In this document: positions 37,454 through 46,346 of the stretch, piece by piece
How the letters are laid out: every line of letters begins with the position of its first letter
How positions within the stretch are numbered: position 1 is the stretch's first letter
Origin: Bacteroidota bacterium
Lineage (GTDB): Bacteria > Bacteroidota > Bacteroidia > Bacteroidales > JAIOZK01
NCBI GenBank assembly: GCA_034521425.1
Contig: JAXHMP010000001.1
Location: forward strand, 1,929,737-1,993,736
DNA: 64,000 nt
Direction: 5' to 3'
The notes under the pieces: generated by a model
Database searches by the model: none
Told to the model about the DNA's origin: nothing
What the model saw: the letters and a program-made list of their open reading frames with translations, nothing else
Program-made: the position numbers and the translations under genes

Positions 37454-39241
37454 ATGAAACACTTCAGAAACTTCTGCATAATAGCGCATATCGACCATGG
37501 TAAAAGTACCCTGGCCGACCGGCTGTTACAAATGACCCATACCCTGGATGACCGCGAATTTCAGGACCAGGTGCTGGACAGCATGGACCTCGAACGCGAA
37601 CGGGGCATCACAATTAAAAGCCATGCCATACAGATGCAGTACGAACTTCGTGGTGAACATTATTTACTGAACCTGCTGGACACCCCTGGCCACGTGGACT
37701 TTTCCTATGAAGTGTCCCGCTCAATCAAGGCTTGTGAAGGCGCCCTGCTGATCGTGGATGCCTCACAGGGCATACAGGCGCAGACCATCTCCAATCTTTA
37801 CATGGCCATTGAGCATGACCTGGAGATCATCCCCGTGCTTAATAAAATGGACCTGGAAGCGGCCATGCCCGAGGAGATCAAGGATCATATCGTAGACCTG
37901 ATCGGATGTAAACGGGAGGAGATCATTGAGGCGAGCGGAAAAACAGGTTACGGAGTTGACAAGATACTCGAAGCCATTGTAGAAAGGGTCCCCCATCCGA
38001 AAGGAAACCCCGAAGCACCCCTGCAGGCCCTGATCTTTGATTCCATTTTCAACTCGTTCCGGGGGATCATTGCTTATTTCAGGGTATTCAATGGCACCAT
38101 ACACAAAAACGACCTGGTCAAATTCGTGAACACCGGGAAAAAATACGAAGCTGATGAGATCGGTGTACTGAAACTGGGCCTGGTGGAACGTGACCAGCTT
38201 GCGGCAGGCGATGTGGGTTATATCATTTCGGGTATTAAATCCTCAAAAGAGGTGAAGGTTGGGGATACCATTACACATGTCGGCAGGCCATGTGAGAAGG
38301 CCATTGCCGGATATGAGGAAGTAAAACCCATGGTGTTTGCGGGGATCTACCCCGTGGATGCCGATGATTATGAAGAACTGAGGTCATCCCTGGAAAAACT
38401 CCAATTAAATGATGCATCGCTTTCATTCATACCGGAATCTTCGGCAGCGCTTGGTTTTGGTTTCCGTTGTGGTTTCCTGGGGCTGCTCCACATGGAGATC
38501 ATTCAGGAGCGTCTCGACCGGGAATACGACATGAACGTGATCACTACCGTACCCAATGTTTCCTACCTCGTACATACAAAAAAGGGAGAGGTCTCTGAAG
38601 TCCACAATCCCTCGGGATTACCCGAAGAAAAGTACATCGATCACATCGAAGAGCCATACATCATTGCTACCATCATCACCAGGTCAGATTACATCGGGTC
38701 CATCATGACCCTTTGCATCGATAAACGGGGAAATCTGAGAAATCAGGTATATATTTCTTCCGGCCGTGTTGAGATTACCTTTGAACTTCCGCTTGCGGAG
38801 ATCGTGTTTGATTTTTATGATAAGCTGAAAAGCATCTCCAAAGGATATGCCTCTTTCGATTATTACCAGTCCAGTTACAAATCAGCCAACCTGGTCAAGC
38901 TGGACATACTGCTGAACGGGGAATCGGTGGATGCCTTATCCACCCTGATCCACCGTGACAATGCCTATGATTTCGGTCGCAGGATATGTGTCAAATTGAA
39001 GGAGCTCATTCCCCGCCAGCAATTCGATGTGGCCATACAGGCGGCCATCGGCGCTAAGGTCATTGCCAGGGAAACGGTCAAGGCCCTGCGAAAAGATGTA
39101 ACCGCTAAATGTTACGGTGGAGACATCACCCGTAAACGCAAGCTTCTCGATAAACAGAAGAAGGGGAAGAAACGCATGCGGCAGGTAGGCAATGTGGAAG
39201 TTCCGCAAACGGCTTTTCTGGCGGTGTTGAAGCTGGATTAG
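37454..39241 (+). CDS. lepA: translation elongation factor 4
   Basis: [33 protein letters not shown] and the LepA C-terminal domain (...[27 protein letters not shown]). Confidence 0.93.
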   Translation: MKHFRNFCIIAHIDHGKSTLADRLLQMTHTLDDREFQDQVLDSMDLERERGITIKSHAIQMQYELRGEHYLLNLLDTPGHVDFSYEVSRSIKACEGALLIVDASQGIQAQTISNLYMAIEHDLEIIPVLNKMDLEAAMPEEIKDHIVDLIGCKREEIIEASGKTGYGVDKILEAIVERVPHPKGNPEAPLQALIFDSIFNSFRGIIAYFRVFNGTIHKNDLVKFVNTGKKYEADEIGVLKLGLVERDQLAAGDVGYIISGIKSSKEVKVGDTITHVGRPCEKAIAGYEEVKPMVFAGIYPVDADDYEELRSSLEKLQLNDASLSFIPESSAALGFGFRCGFLGLLHMEIIQERLDREYDMNVITTVPNVSYLVHTKKGEVSEVHNPSGLPEEKYIDHIEEPYIIATIITRSDYIGSIMTLCIDKRGNLRNQVYISSGRVEITFELPLAEIVFDFYDKLKSISKGYASFDYYQSSYKSANLVKLDILLNGESVDALSTLIHRDNAYDFGRRICVKLKELIPRQQFDVAIQAAIGAKVIARETVKALRKDVTAKCYGGDITRKRKLLDKQKKGKKRMRQVGNVEVPQTAFLAVLKLD

Positions 39242-39387
39242 GATGGATGGTGATATTGCGGGCTAAAGCCCGAAGAGCTCTTGCACGCCCTTGTAACCCC
39301 AGCTTAAACCTGGGGTAATTCAAAAAGCACAAGTTAAATATCAAACAATTTACAATATTCCCGGAAGCAATCATTAGGCTCATAGTT

Positions 39388-39413
39388 AACCCACGCTTCA
39401 GCGTGGGGTTTTT
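39388..39413 (+). terminator. rho-independent terminator downstream of lepA
   Basis: CCCACGC-ttca-GCGTGGG followed by GTTTTT. It is preceded by two more stem-loops (39259-39272 and 39296-39316). Confidence 0.6.
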
Positions 39414-39487
39414 AGACTAAATTAAATCCCCATTCTTTGTAACATTTTTTATACCTTGTCCGTCACAGGAACAAGTGTGGAATAAAA

Positions 39488-39973
39488 ATGACAAGGGCAG
39501 AATACAATCAATGTGTGGATGACTACGCTGACGGCGTTTATCGCTTCATCCTGAAAAATATCCGGGATGAGGACAAAGCGGATGACATCGTGCAGGATGC
39601 CTTTGTGAAAATGTGGGAAAAAGTAGAAACGATTCGTTTTGATAAGGCAAAATCCTATCTTTTCACTGCAGCATACCACACCATGATTGATGCCATCAGG
39701 AAGGATAAAAGACTGGTTGAGCAGGAAGAAAGCCACCACAACATCCTGACATCCGAAAATGATTATTCCGACCTGAGCGAGATCCTGCATGAAGCAATGG
39801 ATACCTTACCGGAAATACAAAAATCGGTGATCCTGCTGCGGGATTATGAAGGATATTCCTACGAAGAGATCGGGGAGATCACAAAATTGAATGAATCACA
39901 GGTTAAAGTATACATTTACAGGGCACGCAAAGCCCTGAAAACATATATAGGCAGTTTGGACAGGGTAATATAA
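39488..39973 (+). CDS. ECF-type RNA polymerase sigma factor (sigma-70 family, group 4)
   Basis: Region 2 is DDIVQDAFVKMWEK; region 4 is VILLRDYEGYSYEEIGEITKLNESQVKVYIYRARKAL. Confidence 0.85.
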   Translation: MTRAEYNQCVDDYADGVYRFILKNIRDEDKADDIVQDAFVKMWEKVETIRFDKAKSYLFTAAYHTMIDAIRKDKRLVEQEESHHNILTSENDYSDLSEILHEAMDTLPEIQKSVILLRDYEGYSYEEIGEITKLNESQVKVYIYRARKALKTYIGSLDRVI

Positions 39974-41058
39974 TGAGCAAGATCAACAGAAATAATTACG
40001 AAATCTATTTTATCGATCATTTCGATGGCAGGTTAAGTGCTGCCGAAGAATCGGAGCTTCAGGCATTCCTGGAGCACAACCCTGATCTGAAAAGGGAGCT
40101 TGAAGATTTTGAGATCCTGGAGGTTCCACAAGAAAAAACTACCTATCCCCGAAAGGAAAGCTTAAAGAAAAACATTCAGCCTTCCCTTACCGGAATCACG
40201 GATGATAATTTTGAGGATTACTGCATTGCCTATTATGAAGGCGATCTTAACAAACAGGAACAGCAGGCCCTATTGCTTTACCTGGAATACAGGCCGGAAC
40301 TGAAAAAAGACTTTGGGCTCTATCAGAAAATTGGCCTGACAGCTTCTGCCGGCATCACTTATAAGAATAAGAGCAAACTCAAAAAGTCAAACACAGTGCG
40401 CAGGAGGCTGGTATATTATGGTGGCGCCATTGCGGCATCCATCCTGCTCCTGTTTGGCATCTTTTCACTACTGGAAAGAGGCCGTATGAGCGAAGAAGAA
40501 AGAATGAAGCATACTTTGTCTTTTGTTTCCACCCAGGATCCCGGCAACATTGAAATCGCTGAAACCGGCCCTGCTTTTGAAAAGCTGGATCAGCGGAACT
40601 TCATCGAAAAAGCGGAGATCAGGCCCGCCCATTACAGGGAAGCACTGGCCCTGAACGATCTTCAGCCCATCAGCCAGCAAGGGGAGGTCTTTTCCGACAA
40701 GGTGGAGGATACTTACCCGCTCTTCCTGTTTCAGCGCTTCTCCCCCATCAATGTTTTCCAGCTGCACACCGAAGAATATTATGCCGGCCTTGAACAAAAA
40801 GACAAAAGCCTGGCCGGGAGAATTCTTGGCAATGCTTTCCAGGAACTCACTTCACTCTTCAACAAAAGGGTGGATGAGATCTATGAAAACGGAGCGGAAG
40901 AAATCAATTTATGGAACCTGGCCGAAGCCGGAATCGAAAGCTATAATGCTTTGGCCGACAGGGATGTAAAACTTCTAAAACATTTCAATAATAAAGGTGA
41001 GCTGGTTGGCTTTGCCCTGCTGGGTGATAATATTGAATATTACCGGAAACTAAAATAA
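39973..41058 (+). CDS. putative anti-sigma factor (single-pass membrane protein)
   Basis: Its start overlaps the sigma stop. N-terminus YFIDHFDGRLSAAEESELQAFLEHNPDLKRELEDFE, with a TM helix LVYYGGAIAASILLLFGIFSLL near residue 155. Confidence 0.55.
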   Translation: MSKINRNNYEIYFIDHFDGRLSAAEESELQAFLEHNPDLKRELEDFEILEVPQEKTTYPRKESLKKNIQPSLTGITDDNFEDYCIAYYEGDLNKQEQQALLLYLEYRPELKKDFGLYQKIGLTASAGITYKNKSKLKKSNTVRRRLVYYGGAIAASILLLFGIFSLLERGRMSEEERMKHTLSFVSTQDPGNIEIAETGPAFEKLDQRNFIEKAEIRPAHYREALALNDLQPISQQGEVFSDKVEDTYPLFLFQRFSPINVFQLHTEEYYAGLEQKDKSLAGRILGNAFQELTSLFNKRVDEIYENGAEEINLWNLAEAGIESYNALADRDVKLLKHFNNKGELVGFALLGDNIEYYRKLK

Positions 41059-41124
41059 GCGCTGTAACTTTTTATATCGCCTCTCCGTCCTACGGACAAA
41101 TGTAAATCAAAAACAATTTTAATC

Positions 41125-42732
41125 ATGAAAAGGAATCAAAAAACTATGCTGGGAATGTTGCTTACAGGATTCATGCTGGTTTCAGTATTGAACCTTCAGG
41201 CACAAATAGAAAAAGGCAATAAGAACATCCTCAAAAAGCAATACAACTACGCCGGCTTCAACAAGATCGATGTAGGGGGAGCTTTTGAAGTTTATATCAG
41301 CCAGGCTGACGATTTCAGCGTATTCATTGAAACGGATGAGAACCTGCACGACAACATGCGGTTGGAACTTGTCAACGATATGCTGGTCATTAAAACGAAA
41401 GGCATCAAGAATTTTTCAAAGTTGAACGTTTACATTGAGATGCCGGTATTAACAAAACTGATGGTACACGGAGCATCGGAAGTAAAAATTGAAAATGAAT
41501 TCAAAACGGGCATCATTGATATTGACGCAAGCGGAGCCTCGGAATTGAAATTGCACTTGCTTGCTGAAGAGATCCATGCAAACGTTTCTGGCGCCTCCGA
41601 AGTGGACCTTTCGGGCAGTGCGGAGAAACTGGTTATCAAAACGAGCGGAGCTTCGGAGTTTGATTCCAGAAAAATGGAGGCTTCAAAGGTTTATGCTGTT
41701 GCAAGCGGAGCTTCCAGCGCCCATGTTTATGCTGTAAAAGAACTCGATATGGAAGAATCAGGTGCTTCCAGCATTGATTATTCAGGTGCACCTGAAGTAT
41801 TGAAAAAACATGACGATGGTGATGTGATCATCAGGCGGGGAGGCGATGTGAAAGTCAGATCGCGCTGGAGTGAAGATGAAGAGCGGTTCAGCTACAACAG
41901 CATGAACATCACTGTGGATGAAAAAGATGATACCACCGAGATCCGTGTAGGCAATCACAAAATTGTCGTGGATGAGGATGGCAATGTGGTATACAGCAAA
42001 CACAAGAAAAAACCTAAATTCAATGGCCACTGGGCCGGTTTCGACCTGGGTGTGAATGGCTATCTGACCCCCGGTAATAACATGAACTTCGCCCCGGAAT
42101 ATGAATACCTCGACCTCAACATGACCAAATCCATCAAAGTGGGTATCAACATCTTTGAGCAAAACCTCAGCCTTTGTAAAAACCAAAAATGGGGCATCGT
42201 AACAGGCCTGGGATGGGAGATCAACAACTACCGCTTTGATGATAATGTTACCCTGGTCCCGGATTCATCCAGGATCAAAGGATATTTCAATGATGGGGTC
42301 AGCATGAAGAAAAGCAAACTTGTGGTCAATTTTGTTGAAGTTCCCGTTTTACTGGAGTTTCAAACCAATGGCAACAGCAAACGCAATAGTTTCCACATCA
42401 CTGCCGGAATGGTTTTCGGCCTGCGTTTTGCTTCCCACACCAAACAGTATTATAACGAAACCAATAAAGAATACGAATGGCTCGAAATTGAGCCCAAAAC
42501 GCGTAACAAAGTCTCTACAAACCCTCCGAAATATTTCCAGTCGCCCGGAACGAAAAAGACAAAGAACAGGGATGATTTCCACCTGAATCCCTTCAAGGCA
42601 GATGCAACAGTGCGCATTGGCTGGGGCTGGGTGAATCTGTTCGGTACATACTCCCTGACCACCCTGTTCAGGGAAGACAAGGGTCCCGAACTGTATCCCT
42701 ATTCGGTTGGCATAACCCTTGTCGGGTGGTAA
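41125..42732 (+). CDS. GIN-domain (DUF2807-like) protein fused to a C-terminal outer-membrane beta-barrel
   Basis: Signal peptide, then six GAS(E/S)xxx repeats (GASEVKIE, GASELKLH, GASEVDLS, GASEFDSR, GASSAHVY, GASSIDYS). The C-terminal ~230 aa have alternating strands ending ...YSVGITLVGW (aromatic terminus). Confidence 0.5.
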   Translation: MKRNQKTMLGMLLTGFMLVSVLNLQAQIEKGNKNILKKQYNYAGFNKIDVGGAFEVYISQADDFSVFIETDENLHDNMRLELVNDMLVIKTKGIKNFSKLNVYIEMPVLTKLMVHGASEVKIENEFKTGIIDIDASGASELKLHLLAEEIHANVSGASEVDLSGSAEKLVIKTSGASEFDSRKMEASKVYAVASGASSAHVYAVKELDMEESGASSIDYSGAPEVLKKHDDGDVIIRRGGDVKVRSRWSEDEERFSYNSMNITVDEKDDTTEIRVGNHKIVVDEDGNVVYSKHKKKPKFNGHWAGFDLGVNGYLTPGNNMNFAPEYEYLDLNMTKSIKVGINIFEQNLSLCKNQKWGIVTGLGWEINNYRFDDNVTLVPDSSRIKGYFNDGVSMKKSKLVVNFVEVPVLLEFQTNGNSKRNSFHITAGMVFGLRFASHTKQYYNETNKEYEWLEIEPKTRNKVSTNPPKYFQSPGTKKTKNRDDFHLNPFKADATVRIGWGWVNLFGTYSLTTLFREDKGPELYPYSVGITLVGW

Positions 42733-42758
42733 ATTCCACACAAAACCCGCAAGTAAAA

Positions 42759-42787
42759 GCTTCACAGATCTCTGTGAAGCTTTTTTT
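42759..42787 (+). terminator. rho-independent terminator
   Basis: GCTTCACAGA-tc-TCTGTGAAGC followed by T7. Confidence 0.8.
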
Positions 42788-42849
42788 ATTAAATTTGTCA
42801 TCCTTTCAAAAGGAAAACAATTTTTGCTAACTAATTAATAACGAAAGAT

Positions 42850-43596
42850 ATGTCCGGTCACAGCAAATGGTCAACGATCAAACATAAAAAGGGAGCCAAG
42901 GACGCCAGGCGTTCCAAAATGTTCTCCAAGATCATCAAAGAAATAACAGTCGCTGTAAAAGAGAGCGGTTATGACCCGGATGCCAACCCACGACTGCGCC
43001 TGGCCATCGCCAATGCCAAAGGGGCCAGTATGCCCAAAGACAATATCGAAAGGGCCATCAACAAAGGGAAAGACAAAGACGCTTCTGCTTTTGAAGAAGT
43101 TACTTATGAGGGGTATCTCTCTCACGGCATCGCCGTGTACCTGGAATGCACAACCGATAACCTGCAAAGAACCGTGAGCAGTATACGTTCCATTTTTAAT
43201 AAATACGACGGAAGTCTCAGTAAGAACGGCTCTTTGAACTTTCTGTTCGACCGCAAAGGAATCTTTATCATTCCTGCTTCAGTGATCAATGACAAAGAAG
43301 AATTTGAACTGGAAATGATCGATGCAGGTGCTGAAGATTTTGAAGAAGATGGTGACTTTATAACTGTTGCAACCTCCATGGAGGATTTCGGAAACATGCA
43401 AAAGAAGCTGGAAGAAATGGAAATTGAACCCGAAAGCCAGAAACTCGAAAGGATCCCCCGTGAAAGGATCAGCCTTAACAAAGAATCAGCTCAGAAGATC
43501 CTGAAGGTGATCGACATCTTTGAAGATGACGATGATGTGCAGAATGTTTACCATAACCTGGAGATCACTGATGAGATGATGGAAGAAATGGAATAA
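42850..43596 (+). CDS. YebC/PmpR-family DNA-binding regulator
   Basis: MSGHSKWSTIKHKKGAKDARRSKMFSK...DANPRLRLAIANAK. Confidence 0.88.
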   Translation: MSGHSKWSTIKHKKGAKDARRSKMFSKIIKEITVAVKESGYDPDANPRLRLAIANAKGASMPKDNIERAINKGKDKDASAFEEVTYEGYLSHGIAVYLECTTDNLQRTVSSIRSIFNKYDGSLSKNGSLNFLFDRKGIFIIPASVINDKEEFELEMIDAGAEDFEEDGDFITVATSMEDFGNMQKKLEEMEIEPESQKLERIPRERISLNKESAQKILKVIDIFEDDDDVQNVYHNLEITDEMMEEME

Positions 43597-43707
43597 AACT
43601 GCTTAAACATAACTACTCAGGGATTGATGATTACAATCCAGGCTATTAAAATTAGCTGGAAATAAAATTAAGAACACTGATCCGTGTTGATCTGCTCAAT
43701 CCGCGTT

Positions 43708-44907
43708 CTACCTCTTCACAATCTCGTAAGTATCTCTTGCGATTACCAGCTCCTCATTCGTAGGAACCACCAGGGCTTTCACCTTTGAGCTTTCATCACT
43801 CAATATTTCTTCCTTTCCACGGGTACAGTGGTTCTTCTTCTGATCGAAAGTCAGACCGAGATACCCGAAATCCGTCATGATGGCTTCCCTGGTCTCCTGG
43901 CCATTCTCGCCAATGCCACCGGTAAATACCAGGATATCCACGCCACCCATTGCTGCGGCATAAGCCCCGATGTATTTGCGGATCCGGTAATGGAACATAT
44001 CCAGTGCCAGTTTTGCCCGTTCATGCCCTTCGGCAGCAGCATTTTCTATTTCGCGCATATCCGGGGAAACCCCCGAAACGCCCAGCACGCCACTGTGTTT
44101 ATTGATGAGGGTATTGGCCACTCCTGTGCCAATCTCTTCTTTATCCATGATATACAGGAGCACACCCAGGTCCAGATCACCCGTGCGGGTTCCCATCATC
44201 AGTCCTTCCACCGGAGTCAATCCCATGGAGGTATCCAGGGATTTCCCGTTTTTGATGGCTGCGATGGAGGATCCATTGCCCAGGTGGCAGGTAATGATCT
44301 TTTGATTGCCGTAATCCACACCCAGAATTTCACAGGCCCTCCTGGAAACATAACGGTGGCTGGTTCCATGAAATCCATACCGTCTCAGCCCGTATTTTTT
44401 ATAAAGGGCATAAGGGATCGCATACATATAGGAGTACTCAGGCATGCTCTGGTGGAAAGCCGTATCGAAAACCCCGACCTGCGGAACATTGGGCAAAAGG
44501 GCTTTCATCGAATAAATTCCTTTCAGGTTGGGCGGATTGTGGAGGGGCGCCAGGTCAATGCATTCCTCCATCTTTTTGATCACCTCACCGGTGATGCGCA
44601 CACTGGAATTGAATTTCTCACCACCGTGAACCACACGATGACCCACTGCATTGATCTCATCAAGACTCTTTATACTCCCGTGCTCTTCGCTCGTAAGCAC
44701 CCCGAGCAGGTATTCAATTCCCTGCTGGTGGTCGAGGATCTCCCCTTCCAGTCTGATCTCATCCCCATCACTTCTCTTGTTCCTGAGCGAAGACCCGTTC
44801 AGGCCTATCTTTTCAACCAATCCTTTGGCAAGCAGTTCCTCATTTTCGATATTGAATAATTGATATTTGATGGATGAACTACCGCAATTCAGTACTAATA
44901 TTTTCAT
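43708..44907 (-). CDS. ackA: acetate kinase
   Basis: KILVLNCGSSSIKYQLF, GHRVVHGG, FDTAFHQ, YGFHGTSH and GGIGEN. The start was chosen at MKILVLN. Confidence 0.9.
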   Translation of the reverse strand: MKILVLNCGSSSIKYQLFNIENEELLAKGLVEKIGLNGSSLRNKRSDGDEIRLEGEILDHQQGIEYLLGVLTSEEHGSIKSLDEINAVGHRVVHGGEKFNSSVRITGEVIKKMEECIDLAPLHNPPNLKGIYSMKALLPNVPQVGVFDTAFHQSMPEYSYMYAIPYALYKKYGLRRYGFHGTSHRYVSRRACEILGVDYGNQKIITCHLGNGSSIAAIKNGKSLDTSMGLTPVEGLMMGTRTGDLDLGVLLYIMDKEEIGTGVANTLINKHSGVLGVSGVSPDMREIENAAAEGHERAKLALDMFHYRIRKYIGAYAAAMGGVDILVFTGGIGENGQETREAIMTDFGYLGLTFDQKKNHCTRGKEEILSDESSKVKALVVPTNEELVIARDTYEIVKR

Positions 44908-45071
44908 CTTATTATCTATTTGCTTTTCGATTGTTCGATTTTCCACATTCATGTCTAATGACCCTTGTTATAGATGAAGCGAGACTTGGTTCTATTCATG
45001 GTTCATTAAAACCAATCTTTACCTGTGCCTTATTGACAAACAATTCAAAATTTATAACTCAAAATTCAAAA

Positions 45072-46043
45072 CTATAACTTCCCCAGGCTGTAAATACTGC
45101 CCTCCTTCTCAATTCTTTCACCGCCTTCGTAGCGGTAAAAACCTTCACCGGTCCTGCTTCCGACCAGTCCTGCGCGCACCATTCTTTTCAGTATGGGAGA
45201 AGGTTTGTATTTAATGTCGCCATATTCCTGGAACAGGCCTTCCATCCATTTGATCAGTTTATCCAGGCCAATTTTATCCGCCAGTGCAAAGGGACCGAGT
45301 TGCATTCCGAATCCGGCCTGCATACATTCATCGATCTCTTTTACCGTACTAACCCCTTCCATTAGCAGCTGACAGGCCTCATTGATCAAGGGGATGATAA
45401 GTCGGGTGCTGACATTGCCGGGGGTACCATTTACCTGTATGATCTGTTTGTTGATCATTTTAGCAAATTGTTTCACCGTCTTATAAGCCTCTTCGGAGGT
45501 TTTCCAGCTCTTATTCACCTCAAAAACGGGCACATCCATCACAGGAGTAAGAAAATGCAAGCCGATAGCCCGCTGGGCATGTTCCAGTACCACGGAGAGG
45601 TCGTCGATCACTTTGCTTGAAGCATTGGACGCGATAACCGTATCTTTGCTCACAACACTTTCGATCTTCTCAAAGATCTCCTGCCGCAGCGGAAGGCTGC
45701 TGGTGTTCTTTTTCGACATTACGGCCTCAATCACGATGCGGCACTCCCGCAATACTTCATAACCAACATATCCATGTATTCTCGACAGTATGGATTTTTT
45801 CTCAGAAGAAGTCATCCCCCAGTGTTCAATTTTATCATCCAGCTGCCGTTCCATGGATTTCATAACCGAAGCAATCCTTTCATCGGAAACATCAATAAAC
45901 ACTACCTCCACAGCATGCGCACTTGCCGTCATGGCGATCTCCTGCCCCATGGTCCCGCATCCGACGATGCCCAGTTTGAAAACACCCGCTTTCTTTGCTG
46001 CAGACCCGCTCAGGCTAAAATCCTCTAAACGCTCTTTTTTCAT
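45072..46043 (-). CDS. hbd: 3-hydroxyacyl-CoA (3-hydroxybutyryl-CoA) dehydrogenase
   Basis: Rossmann motif LGIVGCGTMGQEIA, then ASNASS, the C-terminal domain GPFALADKIGLD and GFYRY. It has an N-terminal ~20-aa extension. Confidence 0.75.
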   Translation of the reverse strand: MKKERLEDFSLSGSAAKKAGVFKLGIVGCGTMGQEIAMTASAHAVEVVFIDVSDERIASVMKSMERQLDDKIEHWGMTSSEKKSILSRIHGYVGYEVLRECRIVIEAVMSKKNTSSLPLRQEIFEKIESVVSKDTVIASNASSKVIDDLSVVLEHAQRAIGLHFLTPVMDVPVFEVNKSWKTSEEAYKTVKQFAKMINKQIIQVNGTPGNVSTRLIIPLINEACQLLMEGVSTVKEIDECMQAGFGMQLGPFALADKIGLDKLIKWMEGLFQEYGDIKYKPSPILKRMVRAGLVGSRTGEGFYRYEGGERIEKEGSIYSLGKL

Positions 46044-46253
46044 AAGGCTTTCAAAATATTTACATTAAATCTATCTGTATAAAAATACGAATGAATTTCC
46101 AGTTTTCAAAGGTACTGATTATAGCGTTCTTTGATATTTGTAATTGTTCTAAATATCCCCGGAAAAACGCCCACATTGAAAAAAAATATATCTTTGGGAT
46201 TCAAAGAAGTGAACCGGCAAAAAACACAGAAAACATATATTTTTTCTTTGCAG

Positions 46254-46271
46254 TTGTTAAATTATTAACAA
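46254..46271. promoter_or_regulatory. perfect inverted repeat TTGTTAA-ATTA-TTAACAA (Rex-operator class) in the hbd-ackA/acs divergent region
   Basis: Read directly from the sequence. It shares identical half-sites with 51663..51680 and lies 76 nt upstream of the acs ATG. Confidence 0.6.
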
Positions 46272-46346
46272 TTTAACCAATTGATATACAAAACCAAAAT
46301 AAATAAAACATATTACTAACCAAAATTTTAATAAAACAGATTGAAT

